NCBI RefSeq assembly: GCF_036365525.1
Contig: NC_090419.1
Span: 13,082,001 to 13,146,000 of the forward strand
From: Heterodontus francisci
Taxonomy: Eukaryota
Direction of reading: 5' to 3'
DNA length: 64,000 bases
The position numbers and the translations under genes were made by a program. The notes below the pieces were generated by a model. The model was given only the letters and a program-made list of their open reading frames with translations. It did not search any database and was not told the DNA's origin. Of this stretch, positions 43,440 through 57,500 are shown in pieces (position 1 is the first letter of the stretch; every line of letters starts with the position of its first letter).

Positions 43440-44740
43440 GGAAATAGTTTCCCTCCATCTACCCTATCAGTTCTCTTTAATACCTTGAAAACTTTGATCA
43501 AATCATTCCCTTATTCTTCTAAATTCCAGGGAATACAACTCTAGTTTGTGTAATCTCTCCTCATAATTTAACCCTTGGGAGTCCAGGTATCATTCTGGTA
43601 AATCTACACGGCCCTCCCTCCAAGGCCAGTGTATCCTTCCTCAGGTGTGGTGCCCAGAACTGAACACCGTGCTCAAGGTGTGGTCTAACCTGGGCTTTGT
43701 ATAGCTGAAGCACGACTTCAACCCCCTTGTATTCTAGTCCTCGAGATATCAAGGACAGCATTCCATTAGCCTTTTTGATTTTTTTAATTCTTTCATGGGA
43801 TGTGGGCGTCGCTGGCCATGCCAGCATTTATTGCCCATCCCTAATTGCCCCTTGAGAAGGTGGTGGTGAGCCGCCTTCTTGAGCCGCTGCAGTCCTTGGG
43901 GTGTAGGTACACCCACAGGGCTGTTAGGGAGGGAGTTCCAGGATTTTGACCCAGCGACAGTGAAGGAACGGCCGATATAGTTCCAAGTCAGGATGGTGTG
44001 TGACTTGGAGGCGAACTTGCAGGCGGTGGTGTTCCCATCTGCATCTGCTGCCCTTGTCCTTCTAGGTGGTAGAGGTCGCGGGTTTGGAAGGTGCTGTCTA
44101 AGGAGCCTTGGTGAGTTGCTGCAGTGCATCTTGTAGATGGTACACACTGCTGCCACCGTGCGTTGGTGGCGGAGGGAGTAAATGTTGTGGATGGCGTGTT
44201 GATCAAGTGGGCTGTACCTGTTATGATATTTTAATGATATATGTACCTGGATCTCCCCAAGTCTCTTCAGACCTTCACTATTTCTAGCTTTTGATCATTT
44301 AGTAAGTCCCCTGTTCAATCCTTCTTCGATCCAAAGTGGCTGACCTCACATTTTCCTACATTGAAATCCATTTGCCAGTTTTACCCATTCACTTAATCTG
44401 TTAACATCTCTTTGTAATGTCACGCCTCCGTCTACACTGCTTACAATGGTGTCATCAACCAATCTGGATATGTGGCTTTCTATCCCGTTATCTGAGTCGT
44501 AAATGATTACAGTGAATAGTTGAGGCCCCGACACAGATCGTTGTGACACAGCACTATTCATATCCTGCCAATTTGAGCCTCCTGACCATTATCCAACTCT
44601 TTGTCCCCTTCAGTTCAGCCAATTTCCTAACCAGATCAATAATTTTCTGTCAATTCCATGAGCTTCAATTTTCACTAACTGTCTTTTCTGAGGGACTTTA
44701 TCAAATGCTTTCTGGAAGTCCATACAAATTACATCCTCGG
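43440..44740 (-). mobile_element. CR1-type LINE fragment interrupted by a second LINE family (43790-44215)
   Basis: ORFs 43561-43827 and 43749-44156. Confidence 0.75.
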
Positions 44741-44749
44741 CCTCCTACA

Positions 44750-45210
44750 CCGTTCCAATGAAACTCAACGTGAGCTCGAGGAACAGCGCCTCACCTTTCG
44801 CCTAGGCGCTTCACAGATTTCCGGACTCTCCATTGAGTTCAACAATTTCAGATCGTGAACTCTTGCCATTTGTTTTGGACGGCGGTTGATGGTGATGATC
44901 TTGTGTTCCCATTTACCACCTCCTCTAGACACAACTTCTGTATCGTTGCTTGTCCCATTATCATCTCCTTTCAGTCTTTCACCCTCATTCCTTTTGTCAT
45001 TTAATCCCCGTTGTCCTCCACCGTGCCCTCCAGACCCTCCCTTTTGCTCTTTCCTCCCCTCGCCTGCTTTCCCTATCTCCGAACTTGCTTCAAACCTTTT
45101 AACATCTCTGACTTTCTCCGGTTCTGATGAAAGGTCATTGACCTGAAATGTCAACTGTTTCTCTTACCACAGACGCTGCCAGACCTGGACTCCTTCCAGC
45201 ATTTTGTGTG
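44750..45210 (+). mobile_element. Penelope-like element 3' fragment (another copy at ~47495-48050, minus)
   Basis: Translates as QRELEEQRLTFRLG..GLSIEFNNF, resembling the C-terminus of GIY-YIG Penelope ORFs, followed by TCTGATGAAAGGTCA..GACCTGAAA. Assignment from recall. Confidence 0.6.
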
Positions 45211-46444
45211 CGTGTGTAAATAATATCAGGCCTCGGTCTAGCATACACATTACATCTTCAACTGCTGCATTTCTCACATGTGAAAGCGTCACACCTGCAA
45301 AGGTCATGTCATTCCTTACACATGACCGGTTTAACCATTCTCTATCCCAGACGGTTGATGAGTATATATTTCAGGCTGAGATTGATAGATCTTTGGTCTC
45401 TCAGGGAATCAAGGGATATGGGGAGCGGGCGGGAAAGAGGAATTGAAGCTGAGGATCAGACCTGATCATGTTGAACAGCAGAGCAGGCTGATCGATGGGA
45501 ATCGGGGAGAAGCAAGTGACCAGAATTAGAGGAGCGCAGAGATCTCAGAGGGTTGTAGGGGCTGGAGGGGTTTGCACAGAGAGGGAGCAGTGAGGCCATA
45601 GAGAGATTTGAAAAAATGAGTGAGAATTTTTTAACTCGAGGCTTTGCCAGACCGGGAGCCAATGTAGGGTCAGCGAGCACAGGCGCTGATGGGCGAACGG
45701 GACTCGGTGCGAGTTCGGATACGGGACAGCAGAGTTTTACGTGAGCTCAAGTTTGTCGAAGATAGGAGGCTGGGCAGGAAAGTTGCGACACTTTGGTATC
45801 ACTGGTCGTTTATGAGCGGTGTTGAGAAATACTGAGCATGTATCCTGCCAGATTGTCATAAAAGGTCAGGGAGGGGAGATATGCCAACTTTACCCAGTCT
45901 GGCCTGATTCTACTCTACACTGTGTGCTCGGCATGAGTCAGTCCAAACAGCTACAAAACAATCAGAAAGCCCAGACGCAAGCTGACAAACACAGCCGCCA
46001 ACATCCCAAAAACATATTTTTGAACAACAGGCTAAAATACCTGAAGCATTTATTTACAAATTAGACACCGAAACCAGGCAGGGTTAGAACACTACAAAGC
46101 AATCTTAAAACATCCACAAAGGATTAATGATTCTCTCCAATCTTCCGGTCGAGGAACGATCCTGTTTTTTTCCCCACGTGACGTTTCTTGATGGAATACT
46201 GCAAAGTTTCCCTTTTTATCTCCGCTGCATTCGTTCTCAGGATTACACTTCCCTGGAGACAAAATTTTGAGAACAGCTATGCAACCTCCTCGTTGTTAGC
46301 GAGGATGATTTCGTGGTCAGGCAGGGCTGGGGGACCAACTTGGATTGAAAACAATAGCACATTACTTTCCACAGCCAACACCTCAAACACAGTACCTGAT
46401 CATTTATCGCACTGCTGTTTGTGGGAGCTTTCTGTGCGCAGATT

Positions 46445-46785
46445 TAGTTTAGAGATACAGCACTGAAACAGGCCCTTCGGCCCACCGAGTCTGTGCCGAC
46501 CATCAACAACCCATTTATACTCATGCTACACTAATCCCATATTCCTACCACATCCCCACCTGTCCCTATATTTCCCTACCACCTACCGACAGTAGGGGCA
46601 ATTGCTAATAGCCAATTTACCTATCAACCTGCAAGTCTTTGGCATGTGGGAGGAAACCGGAGCACCCGGAGGAAACCCACGCAGACACAGGGAGAACTTG
46701 CAAACTCCGCACAGGCAGTACCCGGAATTGAACCCGGGTCGCTGGAGCTGTGAGGCTGCGGTGCTAACCACTGCGCCACTGTGCC
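46445..46785 (-). mobile_element. tRNA-derived V-SINE (HE1-like)
   Basis: Minus strand reads GGCACAGTGGCGCAGTGGTTAGCACC (A box)..GGTTCAATTCC (B box)..GCGTGGGTTTCCTCCGGGTGCTCCGGTTTCCTCCCAC (V-domain). Confidence 0.85.
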
Positions 46786-49700
46786 GGGGAGCCAGAAACA
46801 AGGAGGCACAGATTGAGGCCGGTCACTGCAGGGAAAGAAGGGGAATACTGGAAGACGTGTTTTCACAGCGGGTTACCAGAACAAGGAATGCTTCACCCCC
46901 AGGGGCCGACTGAGGCAGCAACTGGAATACCATTTAAATTGGAGGGATATAGGAAAAATGGCAGGCAAGTGGGATTAGAGCAGTCAAAGTGCAGCTGAAG
47001 ACCTAAGGTGGGATGAACGGCCTTGTACTGTAAAATACATTGAATTTACAGCATAGAAACAGGCCATTCAGCCCAACGTGTCCGTGCCAGTGTTTATGTT
47101 CCACCCTTCTGCCCCTCACCCACCATATCCTTCTATTCCTTTCTCCCTCATGTTTATCCAGCTTCCCTTTAAATGCATCTACGCTATTTGCCTGAACCAC
47201 TCCCCCTGGCAGCGAGTTCTACTCTTTGACTGATTATGATTCTATGCTTCTTAGTGATGAATGCCAGATTCCGATATAAAACTAGGGTTCAACATGTTGA
47301 ACAGCCCGTGCTTTGCCATATCCTGCCGTAAATCCGGCAAGAAAGAGGGGTTTGGAAAAGGAAAATATCGGGTTGGCACGGTGGGAGCAGAACCACGCTG
47401 GGAGGACAGGGCGGAGCTTTACCCTGTGTCGAACCCGCGCCGCTATATCTGACCGAGAAACACAACGCGGAGCCAACAGTGGGAAAGATGGCATAAGAAC
47501 AAAAAGTGCTGGAAATACTCAGCAGGTCTGGCAGCATCTGTGGAGAGAGAAGCAAAGTTAACGTTTCAGGTCAGTGGCCCTTCATCAGAACTGGCAAAGG
47601 TTAGAAATGTAACAGGTTTTAAGCAAACAAAGCAGGGGTCGGGCAAAAGAGAATAAAAGGGAAGGTGTTGATAGGACAGAGGGTCAGAGAGATTGACTGA
47701 CAAGGAGGTCATGGGGCAAAGGCAAAGGGTATGTTAACGGTGTGGTGAAAGACAAAGTGTTAGTGCAGAGAGGGTGTTAAATGACAAGAATAATGAAAAC
47801 CCTAGCCAAAAGTAAATGTTCCTGAGCTCGCGTTGATGTGCACTGCAGCAAGCCCAGGACAGAGATGTGGGCATGGGAGCAGGGGGAATCACCGCTTCAC
47901 CTGAAAGGAGTGTTTGGGGCCTTGGATAATGAGGAGAGAGGAGGTAAAGGGGCAGGTATTACATTTCCTGCGATTGCACAGGAAGGTGCCGTGGGAAGGG
48001 GACGAGGTGTCGGGGGTGATGCAGGAGTGGACCAGGGTGTCGTGGAGGGAAGGCTGGCTCCTTGCCACTGAGTGGAATCACATTACAGGCTAAATTCCAG
48101 TGAAACAATGGGCCATTAACAACAAGAAGGATTACTGCCACTAATGAGACCAAGAGGTGCAGGATTTACCTGTTTGGCAGAATTGGTGTATTGTCCAGCA
48201 CGTGGGCCCCATCAGGGACTTTCCGCGTTGTAAAGCCAGCCCGCCTTCAGAAAACCTGCCATCAAAGCAGCAAAGCATGTCCGTCATTCCAGTGGAGCTG
48301 AACTGAAATAACAATCCTTGTTGTCACGGGATGCAGAGAGTAGCGTGGGGCAGCTGGGGGGTTCGTTGCTGACGAGGAGGCAGTGGCGAGCGCCCTGGGT
48401 GGGCCCGTCCGCAGCATGCCAGTACAGGCACAGAGGGAAGCTGCAGGCTTATCTTAAGCCTGGGACGGTGACGGGAGAGTCGGAAGATCGAGGAGTGCGG
48501 GAGGGTTTGGGGCAGGGATTTGGGAGGGCATAGTACCCGAGAGGGGAGAAATGGAAGGAGGCATGGCGAGAGGAGAAAGGGGTCGAGCGAGAAAAGTAGT
48601 AAAAGGCCTGTAAGCTCCCGGTTTTCTCTCTCCGCCCTTGTTGAATTATGGTGCTACATTTGCTAGCATTGGGACCGCTCCAGAATGTAGGGAGCTTTGG
48701 AAGATCACAACCAGTGCATCCACTAACTCTGCAGCCTGCACCCTATGTTAAATAGATCCAAGCCCGAACAGCGAAGAACTAGGTGCCGATCCTTTTCTGG
48801 TCAGTTTATTCACAGAATGCAGCATTACACATCTCTGCCTTCTGTTCACCGACCATACTTGTGTATAGCAGGCTGTCTTTATATTCATTTCATATCCTTA
48901 ACACAACACCCTTCAACGCAATTAACCATTAACACCGAGACCCCTCCGCTGTATGGTGCCCGGAATCCGTGCTCCAAATACTTGCAACATCCACCTGAAC
49001 AGACTGAATGATACGTCGTATTAGTATCTCATCTGGAACACAACACCTCCCATCTTGCAACACTTGCTCAATACCACACAGGCGACAGGAGCTGAGATTA
49101 TGTGGTCAAGTCTCGGAAAGGGCTCAAAACCACAACCCTCTAAGTAGGAAGTGATCTGACACTCACACTGAGCCTGGCTTAGTGGCCTGTCTATTACTGT
49201 ATTGCACTACTCTCAAAGTATTGGCTGCCTGTAATATAAGAAGATACAGCTATAGGGCTTACAATAATTCAAGATTATCGAGGGGAATATGGGGAAAGAG
49301 TGGGGGGAAGTGGGACTAACTGGATTGCTTCTTGAAAGAAGCCAACACAAATTCGATGGGTTGAATGGCCTCCTTCAGTGCTGTACCCATTCTATGTTTC
49401 TCCGGTCTGCGCTCATTGAAAGGTGCATAGGGAGGGTTCGGGATGCATTGAGGATAAATTAGGGACCTGCTCTTAGAGCGTGACTTTGAGAATCTCAAAA
49501 TGCCACATCCGGTTTGGAGTCCAGTCACCGTTTCTGCTCAGGCAAAAGGAACACAGTCATTTTCCACACGGCAGAGATTCCACAAGCAGTGTGGTGTTTG
49601 AGGGAGGAATGTTAGCCAAGACACTGGGAGAACTCCCTTCGAATAATGACACAGGGTCCTTGCAGCAATCCCTGAGGACTACACCAGAGTGTCTGCTGAG

Positions 49701-50264
49701 ATTACTCGTGTCAGTCGTGGAGCATGTATCTAACGGGAAACCCTCTGATCTGGTTGGCAGGTTGTTACCACTCGCCCAACAGCTTGGCTCAGTGGTAGCA
49801 CTGTTTCTGCTGAGGGACAAAGTTGTGAGCACGCCATCTGAACTTCGACTTCAGTGCAGTACTGAGGGACTGCGCTGTTCCCTGCTCAATGAAACGTCTG
49901 CCAGATCAGCTGGGTGTTACTATTTGCAGGAAGAGCAGGGAGACCTCCAGAATTCCAGCCAACATTCCTCCCTCAGCCAACGCCACCAGGAAGAGGTTAT
50001 TTGGTCATTCATCCATTTGCCCCTGTGGGACAATGAGACTAACACGGACAAGTGGAAGATTTGAGTGATAATGCAGTGGTAACTTCTCCCAACGGAATCT
50101 AACCTGTAGAAAAAGCACAGGTGAAGGGTTTATTGTATCGAACATCGTAAACAAAACTGCAGTAAAGGTATTTTAAAGGAAGTCGGCGTTTATTATATAT
50201 ACAAAGTGATCGTATTACTGCATGACAGAATATTTTTACACTTGTGTCAGAATCTAGCGCACCC

Positions 50265-50632
50265 AGGGTTAGATACAGAGTAAAGCTCCCTCTACACTGT
50301 CCCCCATCAAACACTCCCCAGGACAGGTACAGCACGGGGTTAGATACAGAGTAAAGCTCCCTCTACACTGTCCCCCATCAAACACTCCCAGGACAGGTAC
50401 AGCACGGGGGTTAGATACAGAGTAAAGCTCCCTCTACACTGTCCCCATTAAACACTCCCAGGACAGGTACAGTACGGGGTTAGATACAGAGTAAAGCTCC
50501 CTCTACACTGTCCCCCATCAAACACTCCCAGGACAGGTACAGTACGGGGTTAGATACAGAGTAAAGCTCCCTCTACACTGTCCCCCATCAAACACTCCCA
50601 GGACAGGTACAGCACGGGGTTAGATACAGTGT
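50265..50632 (-). repeat. 72-bp minisatellite, ~5 copies
   Basis: Same family as 17190-17846, in reverse orientation. Confidence 0.92.
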
Positions 50633-51488
50633 AAAAGTTACTTATTGCTGCCTCAACAATACTGTAAATTGTGATAATTCCAATTTCTACACTAACCTTC
50701 TTTGAGTGAAATTGATAAATTGTGTTGATGTCTTGGTAATGTTGTGCTGTGGATCTGAACTTTTCCTCTCCTTGCTTATGCTGTTAATCTACATCACTTA
50801 AATCTGTGATTTTTGCTTGGAATATATCTCAGTCAAACTACAATAACCTCACTATCTTACACTGCTTAAGGGGCAAGTTCAGTGTGCTAAGACACCTGAT
50901 CCTATTTTATTGCAGGGTGGAGAGCTGCCTTCTTGAACCGCTGCAGTCCATGTGGGGTAGGTACACCTACAGTGATGTTAGGAAGGGAGTTCCACGATTT
51001 TGACCCAGCGACAGTGAAGGAACGGCGATATAGTTCCAAGTCAGGATGGTGTGTGATTTGGAGGGGAACTTGCAGGTGGTGATGTTCTCATGCATCTATT
51101 GCCCTTGTCCTTCTCGGTGGTGGAGGTCGCGGGTTTGGAAGGAGCCTTGGTGCGTTGCTGCAGTGCATCTTGTAGATGGTACACACTGCTGCCACTGTGC
51201 GTCGGTGGTGGAGGGAGTAAATGTTTGTAGATGGGGTGCCAATCAAGCTGGCTGCTTTGTCCTGGATGGTGTCGAGCTTCTTGAGTGTTGTTGGAGCTGC
51301 ACCCATTCAGGCAAGTGGAGAGTGTTCCATCACACTCCTGACTTGTACCTTGTAGATGGTGGACAGGCTTTGGGGAGTCAGGAGGCGAGGCTGACTGACA
51401 GTAACACCTTGGTTAAAATGAATAGAATTTTCTGGTGAATTAACGAGACTGACCTTTACGAGTGACCTTTCCATCCTCGATCACTAAA

Positions 51489-51528
51489 TTATTGTTTGCA
51501 GAGCTGTTCAGAGCAAAGCTTTCCTCGT
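51489..51528 (-). CDS. WA-like exon 5 (cytoplasmic tail and stop)
   Basis: ttttgtttacAG acceptor, phase-2 compatible; [15 protein letters not shown]. Confidence 0.7.
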
Positions 51529-54500
51529 CTGTAAACAAAAGTATGAAACAGGTTGAAGACGTAGCTTGATAAATTACAACAAAAAACCAGAGCCGTCAGA
51601 GAACGAGGGAACAGATCAGTCACAACAAAGAAAAGTATCTCACCTCTTGTATATTTTTGTCACCAGGTACAGAGTTATCACCAAGCCGAGAACTCCTGCA
51701 ATAACTCCAACAGCACAGACAATGGTCCCAGTGTCAGGCAGTACAGGAGGCTGATCTGTTCAAAACAATCAGGGCAGCAAATTATATCTTGGTTTCTGTA
51801 GTGGGTAGTTATTAATCCAGTATCTCAGCCCAAATGGCCAAAACAGAAACTCTGCCTCCATAAGCAGCAGTGACTGTGTTTTGCATTGCATGTGTACAGT
51901 GGTCTGGGATGTCCCACTGGAAGAAAAAGCAAAAAGATGGATGTGCTTTTCGAAGCGCCTATCATCACCTCCAGACACCATAAAGCATTTCACAGCCAAT
52001 CAGGTACTTTTGAAGTGCTGTACATCACTGTTGTAATGTAGAAAACGCCAGCAGCCAATTTACGCACAGCAAGCTCCCACAAACAGCAATGTGATAATGA
52101 TGATAATCTAGGTTTTCTTTGTGATGTTGACTGAGTGAGAAATATTGGCCTCAGGACACCAGGAAGAACATCTCCCTCAGCTCTTAGTGCTATGGCATCT
52201 TTTCCTCTGTTAACAATACATCTGAAAGACAGCAGATCTGACAGTGCAACACTCCCTCAGTACTGACCCTGCAACTGAGCATTCCGTCAGCACTGACCCT
52301 CCGACAGTGCGGCACTCCCTCAGTACTGACCCTCTGACAGTGCAGCGCTCCCTCAGTACTGACCCTCCAACAGTGCAGCACTCCCTCAGCACTGACCCTC
52401 CGACAGTGCGGCACTCCCTCAGTACTGACCCTCTGACAGTGCGGCGCTCCCTCAGTACTGACCCTGCAACTGAGCATTCCGTCAGCACTGACCCTCCGAC
52501 AGTGCGGCACTCCCTCAGTACTGACCCTCCAACAGTGCAGCACTCCCTCAGTACTGACCCTCCAACAGTGCAGCACTCCCTCAGTACTGACCCTCCAACA
52601 GTGCAGCGCTCCCTCAGTACTGACCCTCCAACAGTGCAGCACTCCCTCAGAACTGACCCTCTGACAGTGCGGCACTCCCTCTTGTACTGACCCTCCGACA
52701 GTGCGGCACTCCCTCAGTACTGACCCTCCGACAGTGCGGCTCTCCCTCAGTACTGACCCTCCAACAGTGCAGCACTCCCTCAGTACTGACCCTCCGACAG
52801 TGCAGCGCTCCCTCAGTACTGACCCTCCGACAGTGCAGTGCTCCCTCAGTACTGACCCTCCGACAGTGCAGCGCTCCCTCAGCACTGACCCTCCGACAGT
52901 GCGGCACTCCCTCAGTACTGCCCCTCCGACAACACACTGAGCCATAGCTGACACACAAGGACTGCGATGAGACGTTAAAATTGCAAGTTGACAGGATATT
53001 CAACTGGGCTGAGACCCGGGGCTGGTCCTGTCCTCGTCCAACGTTCATACATGTAGTCACTGGATTTGGGGGCGGGGCGGGTAGAGGCAGGAATCCTGGC
53101 TGATCATTTCCCCTTCCCTAATGAGTAGTATTGACGCCAAATGTAATGCCCCCTATGCTGCAGCTCACTGAGACCACACTGCATGAGTAAACAACCTGCG
53201 CACTTTTGCTTTCTATAATTCAGAGACACATTGAGCAGGCCCTTTATATATTGCTCCATTGAAAGAACTTGCTATCAAATTTCTGATTAATTATAATGGA
53301 CCTAAAGGTTTGCTTTCTGATAGTACTGCTTTGTGGGACTGAAACAACCTCGGGGGAGGCTTTAAATTGAATTTATAGCATCATACGAGATTGATTGCAA
53401 CATATGATTGAATATTATTGCAGGTTTTCGAGCTGCAGTCTGAAAATCCCAGGTGTCAGATCTCTCTCTGTCTGGGATGGCCGGTTTTACACACGCTGAG
53501 CACTGCGTAACCTAGTTTTTTGATACTGTTGATTAATAAAGTGATTTTTGGTGATGACAGCCCAAGTTTTCCCTCGGGAGACTGATGCTGTGTTTCGCAA
53601 CTACAGGACAGTGTGAACTGAGGATACCGGGTGCAGCTCAGTGTGTGTCAGTATTTACAGGGGGATCCCCCGGGGGAGTGTGTCAGTATTTACAGGGGGA
53701 TCCCCGGGGGAGTGTGTCAGTATTTACAGGGGGGTCCCCGGGGGAGTGTGTCAGTATTCACAGGGGGGTCCCCGGGGGAGTGTGTCAGTATTTACAGGGG
53801 GTCCCTGGGGAATGTGTCAGTATTTACAGGGGGTCCATGGGGAGTGTGTCAGTATTTACAGGGAATCCCCGGGGAGTGTGTCAGTATTTACAGGGGGTCC
53901 CCGGGGGAGTGTGTCAGTATTTACAGGGGGTCCCGGGGGAGTGTGTCAGTATTTACAGGGGTTCCCCGGGGAGTGTGTCAGTATGTAGAGGGGGTCCCTG
54001 GGGAGTGTGTCAGTATTTACAGGGGATCCCCCGTGAATGTGTCATTATTTACAGTGGGGACACCGGGGAGTGTGTCAGTATTTCAGGGGTTTCCCGGGAG
54101 TGTGTATTTACTGGGGGACCCGAGGGAGTGTGCCAGTATTTACAGGGGGTCTTCCACACAGAGAAGTTCGAAAATCTCTGGTGTGAACACCTGATCCTCT
54201 GTATAATTCTTGTCAACCTTTAAATGACGTCCACAGTAACTTAACACCTAACCTACGGTATGTTACATACCCAACAAAACAGTCAGTGGTTTCTCGAGAC
54301 TCATATGAGCTACTTGGCAGCTGTACGTGTCCCCATCATGTGGATCAATCCTGATGTACTTTAAGATGTTAAATGTCCAGTCCTGCTCAACCACTGTTTG
54401 TGATGAATTAACTAGCCCAGTGAATCGCCTCCCATTGATTTGGAAGGTAATGTCGATTTCGAACGGGTAGAATTTTTCTGCGTAACAGTACAGGGTGTTT

Positions 54501-57500
54501 GACTGATGTGGTGTGTAGTTATCCTCAGTGTAGATGTGCACAGCTGGCTTTTCTGTAACAGAGATAACAGTTAACTGTAATAATGACGCCAATCTCCCGT
54601 GGCGTTGCTCACAGTGTGTCAGAGGACATGCTCAACTCCTGTGTCTGTCAGACAATAATTTGACACTGAGCCACATATTAGGCCAGGCAACCCAAAGCTT
54701 GGTCAAAGGTCAAGTTTTAAGGAGCATCTTAAAGGAGGAGAGAGAGAGAGACGGAGAGGTTTAGGGAAGGAATTCCAGAGCTCAGGGCCCCAGGCAGCTG
54801 AAGGCACGGCCGCCAATGGTGGAGCGATGGGAATCGGGGGATGCTCAAGAGGCCGGGATTGGAGGAGCGCAGAGGTCTCGGAGGTAAAGGCCTGCTACCC
54901 GACCCGAATCCGGCGGGACCCGACGACATGTGTCGGGTCTGGGCCGGGTCGGCTCGCTCTTCTGGGTCTGGCTTTCAGGCTCGGGTGGGGTCGGGCCGGG
55001 TCCCGGTTGGACACGCAGTATTAATTGGACTTGGAAGGTTATTTAAAAAGATGAAGATTGGAGCCACGACCTCAGTGATTGTTTGGTCATGAGTTAAACA
55101 GAAACCGACGGAGTTGTGTCCAGACAGGTTGTGCCACACTGTACCAGTATCTGTATTGCTTAAAACAAACACAGCAATTGCCTGAAGGCTCAGAAAATAT
55201 GATTCATTACCTAGACTCCTGCTTTACTGGTTGAAATACTTGCTGCAAGTTTATCCAGTGAGCAGCTGAGAGGCAGAGACCAGGAAGGTCCTGAGTGATT
55301 AATTATTATAAAATATACAGTATTTATATAAAAAATATAAAATGACCACTGTCAGGACTCTAGTCTGGTACAGTACTGTACATGTGTAGACTTTGCATCA
55401 CTGGCCTGGATTGGAAGCCACTGTAGGTCAGTGAACAAAAGAATGGGTCAACAGGACTTGATGTGAGTTAGGTTGGGTTATGCGCAATAGAGATTTGAAA
55501 GATGACGTCCTAGAGAAATTATACAGCACAAATAAAGACAAATGATTTTGATCTAATAGCCGTTACCGAGATATGGTTGCATAGTGACCAAGGTTGGAAA
55601 CAAAATATTCCAGGGTACTTGACGTTTCGAAAATACAAAATGGCTAACAACGAGGTAGCCCTATGGACTGGGAAAGGATCGTGAATCAGAAAAGCAGGAA
55701 ATAAAAACACTATGGAGATAAGAAATAACAAGGGGCAGAAAACACTGGTGGGAATGGGTTATAGGGCACCCCCAACAGTGGCTATACACTGGCCAAGAAA
55801 TAAGAGGAGCTTGCAACAAAGATAGTGCCATAATGGTGGGAGACTTTCATCTTCAAATAGACTGGGCAAATCAAATCAGCAAAAGTAGCTTGGAGGACAG
55901 GTTCATGGAATGCATTTGAGACAGTTTCCTAGAATATTGGGTCATATAAACCAACCAGGGAAGAGGTTATTTAAGTCTTGAGATAGGGTTAATTAGTAAT
56001 CTCATAGTCAAGGATCCCATCGGGCAGAGTGATCATAATATGATAGAATTTCATATTGAGTTTGAGAGTGCCACACTTGCGTCTGGAACTTGAGCACTGA
56101 ACTTAAATAAAGCCACAGGGATGAGGGGAGAGACGGCTAAGGTTGATTGAGAAAATTGACGCATGTCACTGAATGTTAGTGCACTAAAATTAGTGCTCAG
56201 TGTCACGACGAGTAGTTTTAAAAAAAATAAATAACTGTAGACAAGAGACTTACTGCTGATGATTCTTTTAGCATTTGTCAATTTTATCATTTCTTCGGTG
56301 ATGATTTGCAGCCGAGCCTGGAATCCACGTGCCCGCTCTTTAAAATACGTCACTTCTTCCTGGCCCAGTTCCTCTACCCCGTCCGTCATTTTCCCATTTA
56401 GAACAAACATCAGCGCCCCATAATCATAGAACAGGAAGGGAATGGAATTTATATTGAAGATGTCTATGTTTCTTTCTAAATCCGGAGTATTGCTGTAGTA
56501 CAGCCTGGCGGAAACAGATTCAAATTCTGGACAGAGAAAACAGCAGACAAATCACAAAATGAAATTAGACATTTGTACATATATCGCACCTTATGTCTCT
56601 CCAAATCATCGCTAAAGTCTTCATGCACAAGAACTTACTGCAAAGGGCTGTGACTGGTTCTTATGTATTTTGTACACAGTTTGATCCCACAAAGAACAGT
56701 GAGCTGAATGACTCATTGTTCCCAGTTATTAGTTTTGTTGCTTGAAGGTGGAATGTTGGCCAGGACAACAGGAGAACTTCTTGCTCCTCTTCCGAAAGTG
56801 CCATGGGATCTTTAACATCCACCTAAACTAGTGGACGGGGCCTGGATTCAGTGTTTGATCGGACAGTGCAGCAACAGTGCAGGATAAGATGTTCACCCTG
56901 GCTGGTGAGTCTAAACTTAGGAACATAGAAAATAGGACCAGGAGCAGGCCATTTGGCCCTTCAAGCCTGGTCCGCCATTCATTATGATCATGGCTGATCA
57001 TCCAATTCAGTAACCTGTTCCCGCTTTCTCCCCATACCCTTTGATCCCTTTAGACCCAAGAGCTATATCTAACTCCTTCTTGATAACATACAATGTTTTG
57101 GCCTCTACTGCTTTCTGTGGTAGTGAATTCCACAGGCTCACCACTCTCTGGGTGAAGAAAATTCTCCTCAACTCAGTCCTGAAAGGTTTACTCCATATCC
57201 TTAGACTATGGCCCCTGGTTCTGGACTCCCCCACCATCGGGAACATCCTTCCTGCATCTACCCTGTCAAGTCCTGTTAGACTTTTATAGGTTTCTATGAG
57301 ATCCCCCCTCACTCTTCTGAACTCCAGCAAATATAATCCTAACTGACTCAATCTCTCTCCATATGTCAGTCCCACCATCCCAGGAATCAGTCTGGTAAAC
57401 CTTCGCTGCACTCCCTCTATAGCAAGAACATCCTTCCTCAGATAAGGAGACCAAAACTGCACACGATATTCAAGGTGTGGCCTCACCAAGGCCCTGTATA

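Noticed and set aside
46700-46785. Possible tRNA gene (A and B boxes)
   Set aside because: It is the tRNA-derived head of a V-SINE, continuing into the V-domain.
48170-48302. Exon-like minus-strand segment (acceptor ttatttcag, donor gtaaat, 133 nt)
   Set aside because: No recognisable protein similarity and no compatible neighbouring exons.
53585-54223. Cys/Gly-rich ORFs (GVCQYLQG repeats)
   Set aside because: Translation of an intronic minisatellite on the strand opposite WA.
54271-54552. Calling the Ig exon beta2-microglobulin or MHC class II beta (DWTF motif)
   Set aside because: It is flanked by an in-phase alpha1-type exon and a TM exon, unlike beta2m. The distal domain lacks the beta1 disulfide and the TM has the alpha-type CxxGxxxGxxG pattern.
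54888-55012. ACCCGA/TCGGGT inverted repeat cluster
   Set aside because: Probably a non-autonomous DNA transposon remnant, but I could not define its ends or a TSD.
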